The translations under genes and the position numbers were made by a program. Below the pieces are notes generated by a model that saw only the letters and a program-made list of their open reading frames with translations, ran no database searches and was not told where the DNA came from. 64,000 nucleotides of DNA from a virus. Its lineage: Duplodnaviria > Caudoviricetes. This document shows, in pieces, positions 1 through 9,963 of this stretch. How positions within the stretch are numbered: position 1 is the stretch's first letter; every line of letters starts with the position of its first letter. The DNA is taken from IMG/VR virus record IMGVR_UViG_3300034161_000018, positions 128,001-192,000 of that record; one strand, written 5' to 3'.

Positions 1-449
1 AGCGAACCGATGTTGTCCGGAATGGTTTTTTCTGCAACTTCGGTCAGACCATCCAGCGAAGTGTTGAAGGTCAGCAGCATTGCATCGCGCAGACGTTTCG
101 CTTCTGGATAACGATCTTTCATATCCGACGACGAACGTTTCATCCGCGCCAGCATTTCCTCAAGGAAGTCGAGGTCGTCGGCGTAGGTTTGTGCGTCAAT
201 GAATTTGCGCAGCTTGGCGGCGCTCGGTGCTTTGAAACCGGAAACAGTCAGCGAGTCACCGGAATTGCCATCGTCATCGCGACCGCTCATATCCTGAACG
301 ATTACGTCGGTGGCGAATGCGGAAAACGCTTTACCAAAGAATGCTTTCAGCAGCGAGGTCAGACGTGCGAGGTTTTTACGGAACGACGGCAGACGCGTTT
401 GGTACTGCGCGAACATTTCTTCATCAGACAGGTGAGCGTATTTACTCAT
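1..449 (-). CDS. hypothetical protein (partial, runs off window start)
   Basis: ATG at 449 overlaps the upstream gene's stop (ATGA); open frame MSKYAHLSDEEMFAQYQTRLPSF... to the window edge; not in ORF track. Confidence 0.75.
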   Translation of the reverse strand, partial: MSKYAHLSDEEMFAQYQTRLPSFRKNLARLTSLLKAFFGKAFSAFATDVIVQDMSGRDDDGNSGDSLTVSGFKAPSAAKLRKFIDAQTYADDLDFLEEMLARMKRSSSDMKDRYPEAKRLRDAMLLTFNTSLDGLTEVAEKTIPDNIGS

Positions 450-1450
450 TTTGCAGGTTCCAGAATTGAGTTGAGATTTCTTTGTGCCGACCGACTAAGG
501 GAAAGCAGTTTCCCGACTTTCGCCAGCGAGCGCGGATCGTGTAGAACACGTTTGGCGAGTACGAATTGAATTGTGCGATTTTCTCCGTATTGGCTAACGC
601 GGTGAATCACGTCCGTTCCAGAAAGATTAATCGCCTTGCGCAAGTGCGGCAGAATCTGCACAAGGAGCGAATTGATTTCTTCCGGTTTCACGGTCGGATC
701 AAGAACAACTTCCAAGCTATCGTCGAGGACATTTACTTCGCGGACAAAACGTTGTGCCAGCAAAGCATCGTCTTTGACAGTTGGGCGACCGACGTATTGA
801 AAGTCGGTAATGGACGCCAGCAAATATTGCTGAATATCTACGGCATCAGTCACAACGGATTCATCCGTTTCAACATATGGCGAATCGGGCAAACTGATTG
901 TGAAATTGTTTCCGCGTTTGCAGAGCTTCACCGTAATCGGGCCAGACGAATATCCCGACTTGTCGATTGCGCCTTGTGAAGTGCGCAACACAATCATTTG
1001 GAAACCCGGAATCTTTACGTGCAGTTGCGTGGTTTTGCCGATCTTCGACAGAACATTGGAAACCGTTTCTGCCAAGTCATCCAGCTTTTTATCCATGCGA
1101 ATAGAACACGCACGATCAATCAGCAAAAGCAAACGACGCTGCAACACGCGAATATTGTCGGTGCCAGCTTCCACCATTGCGAAACAACGATCCCTTTTCA
1201 GGTCGTTGAATTCCTGCGCAACAGAACGCGCAAGTCGCAATTCGATTAGGCTGTCCACACAGAAAGTCAGCGCTTGCAAACCAGCTTCTACTGTAACCGA
1301 TGCGAGTTTGGTTGTGCTGAATTTATTGGTCAACAAATTGCAAGTAGTGTTGATTCGAGAAAGAACGATAATAACTTCGTTCGCGTTTCGTGCCTTTTTC
1401 AGATCAATAACGTTGGGGTTATTGTCGATGGCTTTTGTCTGAATTTGCAA
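446..1450 (-). CDS. hypothetical protein
   Basis: ORF track 446..1507; start moved to TTG 1450 because a terminator occupies 1506-1546. Confidence 0.7.
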   Translation of the reverse strand: MQIQTKAIDNNPNVIDLKKARNANEVIIVLSRINTTCNLLTNKFSTTKLASVTVEAGLQALTFCVDSLIELRLARSVAQEFNDLKRDRCFAMVEAGTDNIRVLQRRLLLLIDRACSIRMDKKLDDLAETVSNVLSKIGKTTQLHVKIPGFQMIVLRTSQGAIDKSGYSSGPITVKLCKRGNNFTISLPDSPYVETDESVVTDAVDIQQYLLASITDFQYVGRPTVKDDALLAQRFVREVNVLDDSLEVVLDPTVKPEEINSLLVQILPHLRKAINLSGTDVIHRVSQYGENRTIQFVLAKRVLHDPRSLAKVGKLLSLSRSAQRNLNSILEPAK

Positions 1451-1505
1451 TGGGATATACCTATTGTCATCGCCGCATACAGAAAAATTACGGAAAATAG
1501 GCAAC

Positions 1506-1546
1506 AAAAAACCCGCATCACCGGGTTAACAGTGAGCGGGTTTTTT
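1506..1546. terminator. bidirectional Rho-independent terminator
   Basis: AAAAAACCCGC...GCGGGTTTTTT inverted repeat just after the stop of the 1573..2853 gene. Confidence 0.8.
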
Positions 1547-1572
1547 GATTTGTCAGCGATTACCCTTTCGGA

Positions 1573-2853
1573 TTAACGACGACGGATGCCACCGGAAGCG
1601 GCTTTCTTTTCAGGAGCGGCTGCGGCTGGAGCTTTTGCGGCTGGCTTCTTGGCTGCGGTTTTGGCCGGAGCTTTCGGTGCCTTGGCGGCTGGAGCTTTTG
1701 CGGCTGGCTTGGTCGAAGCTTTTGGAGCCTTCGGAGCTTTTGCGGCTTTGGCTGGTTTGGCCGGAGCCTCGGCAGCTTTCTTCGCAGCTTCGTTGTTACG
1801 ACGGGTCAGGCGATTTTTGGAAATCTGTGGCCCATCGTTCGGCCCCATTTTGGAAGCGCGCTTACCGGCCACTTTCACTTTTTCAGCCTTGGCTGGCTTT
1901 GCAGCTTTTTCAGCTTTCGCTGGAGCGGCGGCGCCTTCTTTCGGCTTGCGGGTGTACTTGCGTTTTGCTTTCACTTCCGGCGCCGGAGCGGCAGGAGCTT
2001 TTTCAGCTTTGGCTTTCTTGCCAGCTTTCGCTGGTTTGGCCGGAGCTTCGGCAGCTTTCTTCGCAGCTTCGTTGTTACGACGAGTCAGACGATTCTTGCT
2101 GATTTGCGGGCCGTAACCCGGAGCTTTTTCAGCGGCTTTGCGTTCTTTGCGCTGAGCAGCGGTTTCTTTGTGCTTCGGAGCTTTTGCGCCTTTCGGAGCT
2201 TTGGCTTCTTTGGCGGCTGGAGCAGCGGCGGCTTTTTCAGCGCTTACCAGACGAACACCTTTTTTGGTGGTCGGCTTCTTGAAGACTTTCTTGAGTTTTT
2301 GCATGTTCTCATGAATGTCTTTCAGTTTGTTTTTCTTGGCTTCGACGGCCTTGGCGCGAGCGGCGGCAATCTTACCAGCGGTTTTCTGGTAAGCGTCTTT
2401 CGCCTTGGCGTTTGCGTTGGCGCGCTTTTTCGGATCTTTGATCGACTTGTTGTGCTCACGCGCTTTTTTCAGAGCGTCGCGGGCGCCGGACAGATCACTT
2501 TTCAGTTTCTGACGCAGTTCGCGGGTGCCGTCGTGCAGCGCCTTACGGGCGGCGGTGGCGTGCTTGCCGGATTTCTTCATCTTGATACGTTTGCGGTATT
2601 TCAGAACTTCGGCTTTCGCGTCGGATTCGGAAGCACCGTGACGGATCGCGGAGGTGAAGATGTTACGTTCGGCCAGATGTTGACGCTCTTGCGGAGTCAG
2701 CGACTTGTAGTCTTGACGCGCTTTCTGACGGATTTGCGCCAGCTTCGGCTTGCGGGCCTTGGCGGCTTCTTTGCGTTCTTTCTTCGCGGCGGCGGAATTG
2801 TCAACTTTGACTTTTTTGACCGGGGCCGTCGAAGGCTTTTTGGTAACAGCCAT
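1573..2853 (-). CDS. histone H1-like Lys/Ala/Pro-rich DNA-binding protein
   Basis: 426 aa dominated by K/A/P (PAKKAAA-type repeats); basic helical N-half; SD-like AGGAA upstream. Confidence 0.75.
   Translation of the reverse strand: MAVTKKPSTAPVKKVKVDNSAAAKKERKEAAKARKPKLAQIRQKARQDYKSLTPQERQHLAERNIFTSAIRHGASESDAKAEVLKYRKRIKMKKSGKHATAARKALHDGTRELRQKLKSDLSGARDALKKAREHNKSIKDPKKRANANAKAKDAYQKTAGKIAAARAKAVEAKKNKLKDIHENMQKLKKVFKKPTTKKGVRLVSAEKAAAAPAAKEAKAPKGAKAPKHKETAAQRKERKAAEKAPGYGPQISKNRLTRRNNEAAKKAAEAPAKPAKAGKKAKAEKAPAAPAPEVKAKRKYTRKPKEGAAAPAKAEKAAKPAKAEKVKVAGKRASKMGPNDGPQISKNRLTRRNNEAAKKAAEAPAKPAKAAKAPKAPKASTKPAAKAPAAKAPKAPAKTAAKKPAAKAPAAAAPEKKAASGGIRRR
1751..2112 (-). repeat. 83-bp internal direct repeat (1751-1833 and 2030-2112)
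   Basis: Both copies encode GPQISKNRLTRRNNEAAKKAAEAPAKPA; differences are mostly synonymous. Confidence 0.9.
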
Positions 2854-2993
2854 TGAGATTTCCTCTGAGGATTTTGATTTTAGTCGGACTGCAATTCCAT
2901 CGTAGCGCCACGATTATATCCAACTATATAAAAATTACTATCCTCAAAGGAAAATATTCACTCCGATTTCAAAAAGAAAATTCTTTAATCGGG

Positions 2994-4037
2994 TCATAGT
3001 CCCAAATGGTTTTTCGCTTCCGTAACCAAAGCTTTTGCTTCCCGAATCTGCTTTTTGTCGAAACCCTGACTCGACAGAAAACGTTTCAAACCGGAATCAA
3101 CTGAAACGACGGAACGCTCGACAATCAGTTTATCCAGTTCTTCTTCGATGTTTGCTTTCTTGCCAGTTGCGTAGAAAACACCGCCCGTAATGTTTGGGTA
3201 TTGAATCATAATGTCGGCTGGCAAAACCACTTCCGAACCAACACGCAGTTTGTACCGAATGTTGTCATCGTGTTTCAATTGTTTCAAATCGGTGAGGTCT
3301 TCAATGTCCACGTTTATCAAAGCGAAGTTTGGATGGTTATTCACAAACTTGTGCTTGAACTGAATGCGGCCACCTTTCGACGACGCTTGAAAGTGAATAA
3401 AACCTTTCGGCAGCGATTCACCAAAGTTTTTCTGGAACGGGTTGCCACAATACACAGCGCGTTTCGACGGCATGTGTTGGTATTGGTGAATGTGTCCGCT
3501 GATTGTATAATCGTTGTCGATAACGGAAAGTTCGTGTTTCGTTTTCAGTTTGCGTCCGTTGTCGCCAATCGCCCCGCTGTATTCAACGTGCGCGAAATTC
3601 AATGCGCCTTTCGTTCCTTTGCTCAACGTTTCCAAGCACGGATACGGCAAGAAGTTTACCGGCACGCCGTCGATCTTTACACGCTCAGGTTGCAGGTACA
3701 GGTTAAACGATTTGAAGAAACCCTGATCCATCAAAACTTTCAACAGGTCGAGACTGGTTTTGGAAATGTCGGAGAAGTCGTGGTTGCCCGCGATGTAATG
3801 CGTGTGAATAATACCGTCATACTTTTTCAGAAACAGCACAAGTGCAATGTAGGAATCGGTAGGCAACGTCGGTGTATCGGAAATGTCGCCGGGAACGAAT
3901 ACGTGTTTGATTCCGTTCTTGATTGCGTATTGGTAAATCTTGTCGATTTCCGAAATGAGCACTTCGTTGTGAGTTTCCGGAAAGTGTTTTTCCAAACCCA
4001 TGAAGTGCCAGTCGGATGTAGATACGCCTTCAAGCAT
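2994..4037 (-). CDS. sbcD: SbcD/Mre11-like metallophosphoesterase nuclease subunit
   Basis: Motifs SDWH, GDISD, GNHD, GHIH; partner SbcC at 11271..13589. Confidence 0.9.
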   Translation of the reverse strand: MLEGVSTSDWHFMGLEKHFPETHNEVLISEIDKIYQYAIKNGIKHVFVPGDISDTPTLPTDSYIALVLFLKKYDGIIHTHYIAGNHDFSDISKTSLDLLKVLMDQGFFKSFNLYLQPERVKIDGVPVNFLPYPCLETLSKGTKGALNFAHVEYSGAIGDNGRKLKTKHELSVIDNDYTISGHIHQYQHMPSKRAVYCGNPFQKNFGESLPKGFIHFQASSKGGRIQFKHKFVNNHPNFALINVDIEDLTDLKQLKHDDNIRYKLRVGSEVVLPADIMIQYPNITGGVFYATGKKANIEEELDKLIVERSVVSVDSGLKRFLSSQGFDKKQIREAKALVTEAKNHLGL

Positions 4038-4038
4038 T

Positions 4039-4914
4039 TTATGTACCCGGATTGATTTTGATTGTGCGTGCAGGTTCTTTCAGAATGGACGCGCCGAAAA
4101 GGATTTCGTATTTGCGCGCCTGTTCCATTTCTGGAGTGCGTTCTTCTACGAAGTCAATGACAGGAAACTTCCACTCAAGGTTTGGATTCAGTTTACAGAA
4201 TTCTTCCAGTTGGCCCAGCAGTTCTAGTTGCGAAATGCTGTTCGATGGATTCGCGCATTGATTGAGAATCGTGTCATCCATTCGCGGGCCACCAGTGTGG
4301 AAAGTCATTCCGCGCAACGTACCGAGTTGCCCAACGATTTTCTTGTCTTGCACTTTGACTTTGTGTTTCGCCCAGCGGCGTGCAACGCGACCACAACGGA
4401 ATGGGCCGTCGAAATAGTCTTGGGTGAATTCGATTCCATCTGCGCCAATAACCGAAACGCCGTAACGATGCCATTTAAGTCGGAATGGAATTTCCAAACG
4501 CGGTTCCGGCGTGCGCGGTGCGCTAACCGAATAACCGGGAGACACGACAAACATTTCGCCGGGCACCAGTGTTTGTTTTGCTGCGCCTTCTTTAATGTGA
4601 TCGCTCCACGTTTTCAGAAACTCAAACATCAGGTCGTTGCCTTTGAACTCCGACTCGACACTCATGGTCATTGAATTGGTCGGTCGCTTCACACCTTCCA
4701 GCCACGCATTAATCAATTCGTTTTCTTTCGGTGAACAGGTTTGCGTGTAGCTGCATTTGAGGTCGTTGTTCGGTTTTACTTTCAGTGTGCAATCGGCGCT
4801 GAGATTGTAAGTGCCCGGTTGATTCGGGTCAATGTCCGGCCACATTTTTGGAAACTTCATACTGCTAGCAAAGCCGACCGGTACACCGTCCAACAGGATT
4901 TCAAATTGTGGCAT
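4039..4914 (-). CDS. hypothetical protein
   Basis: 291-aa ORF abutting sbcD; variant motif AAAGTGTAAA upstream at 4960-4969 (-). Confidence 0.75.
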   Translation of the reverse strand: MPQFEILLDGVPVGFASSMKFPKMWPDIDPNQPGTYNLSADCTLKVKPNNDLKCSYTQTCSPKENELINAWLEGVKRPTNSMTMSVESEFKGNDLMFEFLKTWSDHIKEGAAKQTLVPGEMFVVSPGYSVSAPRTPEPRLEIPFRLKWHRYGVSVIGADGIEFTQDYFDGPFRCGRVARRWAKHKVKVQDKKIVGQLGTLRGMTFHTGGPRMDDTILNQCANPSNSISQLELLGQLEEFCKLNPNLEWKFPVIDFVEERTPEMEQARKYEILFGASILKEPARTIKINPGT

Positions 4915-4987
4915 TCTGGATTTCCTCTATGGGAATCGAGTTAATTTCGTTATATGGTATTTACACTTTCACGCACGGAGACTCACA

Positions 4988-6859
4988 GTGAAAACGATGC
5001 TTTCGCTGGCCGCAATACCGCTCCACCAAGCGAAGCCTTACGTTAAGAACTTCAAACGTGACGGAATCGCGGCGAAGACAATCAAGAAGTTTGCGCCGAA
5101 AGGATCGAAGGGTTATCGCATTTACATTCCGATTGACACTTCGCACCTCGTTGATAAAACGGTGATGGCGCCCGAAGCAATCATTGAAGCGGTTGCGCAA
5201 GCTGGTTATGTGATTGAGGATTACATTACAGGAATCGCCGCGTCACCCGATGGCAAAAAGCGCATTCGTATTGGCAAGCTGATTAAAGCCAATCCGGAAC
5301 TGGCAGACATTTTCAAGAAAGACCCGGCGCGCAACGTTTTCAAAAGCGATGCAGTCTGTGTGATTTCTTGTCACCCGTATGACATTGCGGGAATGAGCAC
5401 CGGGCGCCATTGGACAAGCTGCATGAATTTGAATGACGGCGTTTATTCCGAACACGTTATCCAAGACGTAGTTGGTTCGACGTTGATTGCGTATGCGATT
5501 GCACCGAACGACACCAACATTCAAAATCCAAAAGCGCGTTTCCTGATTAAGCTGGCGTCCGATCCGAAAGACCCGAGCAAAACCATTTACGTGTTGGAAG
5601 CTTCGCATTACGGCGCGTCGGTTCCCGGTTTTGAAGTGACATTGAAAAAGTGGTTGAAGAAAGTAAACACCGGAATGCCACACGGTTTTTACAAATTCGA
5701 TGAAGACCTTTACGACGACGGGATTGGCTCACGCGCTTTGCATATGCCCGCCGTAAGTGAAATTCCGGAAGGCAAGCGCGTAGACGCTTTGAAGGCGATT
5801 GCCGGAATTGAACACCACGCCGAAACCGTATTGCGCCAAGACGTAGAATGGTTCCCGTACCTTTTCCGCATTCTGATTGAAAAGGATTCGTCGGGTTCGC
5901 GTTACCGTCAAATTTGTAATACCGCATTGCGCGGTGGTTATTCGCTGAAACAGCTTGGCGAGCAGATCGACAATACGTGGGTGGTTGATCCTGACACACT
6001 TGAAAAAATCTTTGGCGCCTATGCAAACTCGCACCTGAGTACGCACAACGGTTTAACTGCGAAAGAGATTTTGAATTGCAGCAAACGTCTGCGCGCACTT
6101 TGCGATGCCACCTTTGATTATGACGCGCAGCCGGAACGCTTGATTGGTTACGGCGATATTACCGTCTACTGCCAGTTTGATAATCGCTGGACGCAAAAGA
6201 TTCATTTCAGTCAATTGACGTATCGCGAACGTGGGTATTTCATCACTCGCGTATTGGAACAGGATTTAACGATTCCAATTCCATACGAACCAGTGCAAGC
6301 GGAAGGCCGCGAGGTTTTGCGCTGTTTGGAATTCGTCGTTTCATTCTTCAAAGGTTGGCATTTGCCGTTGCCGCCACGTTACGAAGGTTGCGTGAATAAA
6401 TTGGATGCACTAGGTTTTGGTCGTTCGATTTTGCGCAAAGATAACAACTACACCGAACTGGAAGACAACGGCGCGTTGAAAGCTTTGGAAATCGCAACCG
6501 TGGTGAAAACTCCGCTCAGTGTTTACGCCGCGTTGATCGACGCCGACATTGAATGGACGCGTGACCTTTGTGCGTTCCTGCCAAATATGGAAGCGAAAGT
6601 CGTTTACCAAAATGGTGATCGAATGCTGGCGCTGCAAGCCGATTACAAAAAGTTGCCAAACGATCAAGACCCGATTGCGTACAGCATGGTTCGCGCCGTG
6701 GCAAACTGGACACGCATGCAGAAACGCGCCCATAAAGATTTGGTTGAAAAGATTTTCGCCCAAGCTGAAAAGTTTGCGTCGAAATCCCAATCCACTTACC
6801 TCAAAAGTCAACGGGGCTTCTTCGCCGAAGCACTCCCAAAAGATCGTGCAGACGATTAA
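4988..6859 (+). CDS. hypothetical protein, paralogue A (HPYDIxGMSTGR-W-SCM family), possible virion internal protein
   Basis: GTG start after GGAG; N-terminal ~250 aa align with 7185..9035. Confidence 0.8.
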   Translation: MKTMLSLAAIPLHQAKPYVKNFKRDGIAAKTIKKFAPKGSKGYRIYIPIDTSHLVDKTVMAPEAIIEAVAQAGYVIEDYITGIAASPDGKKRIRIGKLIKANPELADIFKKDPARNVFKSDAVCVISCHPYDIAGMSTGRHWTSCMNLNDGVYSEHVIQDVVGSTLIAYAIAPNDTNIQNPKARFLIKLASDPKDPSKTIYVLEASHYGASVPGFEVTLKKWLKKVNTGMPHGFYKFDEDLYDDGIGSRALHMPAVSEIPEGKRVDALKAIAGIEHHAETVLRQDVEWFPYLFRILIEKDSSGSRYRQICNTALRGGYSLKQLGEQIDNTWVVDPDTLEKIFGAYANSHLSTHNGLTAKEILNCSKRLRALCDATFDYDAQPERLIGYGDITVYCQFDNRWTQKIHFSQLTYRERGYFITRVLEQDLTIPIPYEPVQAEGREVLRCLEFVVSFFKGWHLPLPPRYEGCVNKLDALGFGRSILRKDNNYTELEDNGALKALEIATVVKTPLSVYAALIDADIEWTRDLCAFLPNMEAKVVYQNGDRMLALQADYKKLPNDQDPIAYSMVRAVANWTRMQKRAHKDLVEKIFAQAEKFASKSQSTYLKSQRGFFAEALPKDRADD

Positions 6860-6868
6860 GGAATCGAA

Positions 6869-7171
6869 ATGAAAGTAATGCTCTCGCTCGCTGCAACTGA
6901 CAAAACCAACGTCGCAACCGCTGCCGCAAATATGGTGCCGCGTGGTTTCAAAATGATCGGTTACGAAATCAAAGACGTGAAGTCTGGTCACACGCTTTTG
7001 TCTCGCGGCAAAGGCGACAAGCAAGATGCTATTCGCACTTCGATTGCCAAGTACGCGGAACAGATGCACCAAATTGATTTCGTTCTGTATCTGGAAGACA
7101 AGCAAGGCAACGAACAGGAACAGCACAAGCGTTTTGAATGGGATTCCAACGAAGCGGTTGAAATCCAATAA
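6869..7171 (+). CDS. hypothetical protein
   Basis: AAGGA SD; 100 aa; N-terminus MKVMLSLAAT. Confidence 0.8.
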   Translation: MKVMLSLAATDKTNVATAAANMVPRGFKMIGYEIKDVKSGHTLLSRGKGDKQDAIRTSIAKYAEQMHQIDFVLYLEDKQGNEQEQHKRFEWDSNEAVEIQ

Positions 7172-7184
7172 AGGAATTCTCACA

Positions 7185-9035
7185 ATGGAAGTATTGCTTG
7201 GATTAGCGGCGGTGCCGTTGTCGAAAGCGCGTCCGTATCTGCGCAGTTGGGATCGTCACGGCGTTGGCGTAGAAGTGGTGCAACGCTTTTTGGCAAAACA
7301 GAAAGGCTCCAACAAACGCGGTTATCGTCTGTACATCCCGATTGATAGTGATGCACCGGCACGCATTCGGATTCCGACACCGATTGAAGCCGCTGTGCTG
7401 GCCGCTGGTTACGTGGTCGAGGATTACGTTCTCGGCATTGCGTCGAAAGATGGCGGCACGCGCAAAATCAAAATCGGCAAATTGATTTCAAAGAACGCGC
7501 ACCTGAAAGAACTTTTCGATAACGACAAACAACGGGCGTCGAGAAAAGACGAATACGTTTGCGTTATCAGCGCGCATCCTTACGACATTATCGGCATGAG
7601 CACCGGTCGGCGTTGGGATCAAACGTCTTGCATGCGGATCGGGTTGGATTCCGAAAAGGATAACGACGGCGCTTTCGTCAATACGTTGAAACACGATATT
7701 ACCGAAGGGACGATGGTTGCCTACGCGGTTTCTCCGGGTGATGCAAATATCGAAAAGCCGCACGCACGTTTGTTGATTCGCCCATTCAAGAATCTGAATG
7801 GTGAAGGCATCGTTTTCAAAGTGGCGATTAGCGCATACGGAAATGAAGTGCCCGGTTTCAAACAGACGGTTGAGAAGTGGTTGAAGAAAGTGAACGCCGG
7901 GGCGAAGCAAGGTTTCTACCGCATGCCGACCGAGCTTTACGACGACGGGCAAGATCGCAACCATTTACAAAATGCCAAACCATCGCAGTTCCGTCGCCAA
8001 GAAGACATGGATAAGTTTTTGGCAAATGCGGTTGCTGGCGTCGAGGACGTGGACAAAGCGCTGTTGTCCGTTTCCAAAGATTGGTTGGAGCCGTTGCTTA
8101 ACCACTACAACAAAATCGAAAGTGCTGAAAAGTATTACGCCTGTTTGGAAACTGCGAAGGCAGCCGGGTTCCAATCCAAGTTCATCGCCAAGATGTTGGA
8201 TTACACAATTGGCGGCACGATCATTCAAACGGTTGTGTCGCGGATTCTGTTTTCGCACCATTCCAGTTTTTACGTGAAGCATTCGTACAGGCTGAAAACT
8301 TGGCTGGCGGAAAACGTGGAATTCAGTGAAGGGAAACCAACACCGCCGTCGAGCATTCTCAGTATTGCAGTTCTGAGTGATGCACGTTGGGCCTCTGTTG
8401 TAGAACCGACGCCGAAGTTTGTGGAAAACGTTTTTCAGATGATTCTCAATGGTCGCGGTATGCCCGTGCCAAAAGAATTGCCGAAAATGAAAACCGGTTT
8501 GGCCGGGCCACTCAATACGCTGATCGGGATTGTGGTACAGGTTGCCAACATCATTGGCGAGCCGGGTAGTATCGCACTGCGTAACACGATCAACAGTTTG
8601 TCGTTGTTGAAATACAAAGACGACCTTTCGTTTACCGAAGAAAAGCGCAATCTGCTTTTCGATTGTCGCGGTTACGTTTGGTTGATTGCACACTACTCGA
8701 AAAGCAGTGTGCTCGGCGTACTCGGTGCGGCAGATGCGCGGTGGATCGAAAACATTCCGTTGCGCTTTGCGGAGTTTGACGACATTTCGATCTTCAAGAT
8801 TTGGGATAAGGTCATGGAAAGTGATTCAGCAGACCTGAAAAGGATTCTACGCGACTGGACGCTTTCGATGTTTAGCTGGCGTTCATACGTGACCAAACCA
8901 CTTCTGCCGAAAAACATTGGTGTCCCACGTTTCGAGAATCTGTTGGAATGGATGCAGACAGACCCCGAATCGAAGTTTGACGTTCCGGCCTACATGCGCG
9001 AGTTCGCCAACTTCAAGAAGTTTATGGAAGGCTGA
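7185..9035 (+). CDS. hypothetical protein, paralogue B (HPYDIxGMSTGR-W-SCM family)
   Basis: ATG 7185 after AAGGA; N-terminal domain homologous to 4988..6859. Confidence 0.8.
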   Translation: MEVLLGLAAVPLSKARPYLRSWDRHGVGVEVVQRFLAKQKGSNKRGYRLYIPIDSDAPARIRIPTPIEAAVLAAGYVVEDYVLGIASKDGGTRKIKIGKLISKNAHLKELFDNDKQRASRKDEYVCVISAHPYDIIGMSTGRRWDQTSCMRIGLDSEKDNDGAFVNTLKHDITEGTMVAYAVSPGDANIEKPHARLLIRPFKNLNGEGIVFKVAISAYGNEVPGFKQTVEKWLKKVNAGAKQGFYRMPTELYDDGQDRNHLQNAKPSQFRRQEDMDKFLANAVAGVEDVDKALLSVSKDWLEPLLNHYNKIESAEKYYACLETAKAAGFQSKFIAKMLDYTIGGTIIQTVVSRILFSHHSSFYVKHSYRLKTWLAENVEFSEGKPTPPSSILSIAVLSDARWASVVEPTPKFVENVFQMILNGRGMPVPKELPKMKTGLAGPLNTLIGIVVQVANIIGEPGSIALRNTINSLSLLKYKDDLSFTEEKRNLLFDCRGYVWLIAHYSKSSVLGVLGAADARWIENIPLRFAEFDDISIFKIWDKVMESDSADLKRILRDWTLSMFSWRSYVTKPLLPKNIGVPRFENLLEWMQTDPESKFDVPAYMREFANFKKFMEG

Positions 9036-9039
9036 AACG

Positions 9040-9086
9040 AAAAAACCCCACTCTCCGGTCAAATGGAAAGTGGGGTTTTTCTTTTT
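9040..9086. terminator. bidirectional terminator between convergent genes
   Basis: AAAAAACCCCACT...AGTGGGGTTTTT. Confidence 0.85.
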
Positions 9087-9096
9087 CTGCGCCGGA

Positions 9097-9318
9097 TTAA
9101 ACCAGTGCGCGAACCAGACAGTCTTTCGCTTCCAGCAACTTGCGCAGACCGGCAGATTTCTCAGGGCCGTCCGGCAATTCGCGATCCATCTTGTTTGCGA
9201 GTTCGCCGATTGGGGCGCTGACCGCTTGCAGTTTTTCCGGTAGATGTGCGTAAGCGAAGTAACGCATGATAGGATTGATCGGCTTGACTACAGGTTCGTC
9301 AACTTGGGATTGGTGCAT
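9097..9318 (-). CDS. small helical phage protein, possible Acb2/Tad1-type hairpin (nucleotide-sponge candidate)
   Basis: GAGGA SD before ATG 9318; C-terminal helix RKLLEAKDCLVRALV; function inferred. Confidence 0.7.
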   Translation of the reverse strand: MHQSQVDEPVVKPINPIMRYFAYAHLPEKLQAVSAPIGELANKMDRELPDGPEKSAGLRKLLEAKDCLVRALV

Positions 9319-9607
9319 TTTGCATTCCTCGTAAAACATGGGTGAGCGGGCTGTCTTCCATTTCCATCAGGTGAGCGCGTGCCCTTTCTACACGCTCGCT
9401 GAATTTGTGCATTTTGTTTTTATGACGAATGCCTTTAGCGATCAGCTTTTCGATGCGCTCATTTTCATTCATCATTGCGTGCTTGGCCTTGAATAAATCC
9501 TGCCGCGCTGTTTGCAATGCAACGCGGTGTTCTTCAAGGCGTGCCGCTTGGTCTTCTTCACTTTCGTGCAGGAATTCGTAATCACGTTGGTTGAATCTTG
9601 GGTTCAC
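9299..9607 (-). CDS. hypothetical coiled-coil protein
   Basis: GTGA overlap with upstream gene, GGAG SD. Confidence 0.7.
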   Translation of the reverse strand: MNPRFNQRDYEFLHESEEDQAARLEEHRVALQTARQDLFKAKHAMMNENERIEKLIAKGIRHKNKMHKFSERVERARAHLMEMEDSPLTHVLRGMQNAPIPS

Positions 9608-9960
9608 GTAATCTCTCCTTTCAACCAACCTTCATACTCGATTTCCAAATCACGGTGGAAATTCACCGAAATGATCGAGTACACATTTTTCAAAACGCCG
9701 AGCGGCCCGAGGTCAATGTCACGCGGGTTTGCGTAAAGTCCGCCGGCACGTTCGGCCTTCACTGACTCCACAACCTTGTTGGCCGCGTGTTCCAAAAGTT
9801 TGCGTTTGAATTCCCCTTCACGCATCTGGCGATCAGGTTCCGGGTCGTACATGCGACCAGACATGAAACCGTGGGGACTCAAGCCCGGATCAAACACGTC
9901 AACGTTTGACGGCCCTTCAAACACAACCTTTTGTCGAAACCGAAAATCGTAATGTCCCAT
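9604..9960 (-). CDS. hypothetical protein
   Basis: 118-aa ORF in tightly packed operon. Confidence 0.7.
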   Translation of the reverse strand: MGHYDFRFRQKVVFEGPSNVDVFDPGLSPHGFMSGRMYDPEPDRQMREGEFKRKLLEHAANKVVESVKAERAGGLYANPRDIDLGPLGVLKNVYSIISVNFHRDLEIEYEGWLKGEIT

Positions 9961-9963
9961 TTG

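Noticed and set aside
2860-2990. TATAAT (minus strand, 2913-2918) upstream of the H1-like gene
   Set aside because: No -35 or TGn extension at correct spacing and no flanking boxes; cannot be called a promoter.
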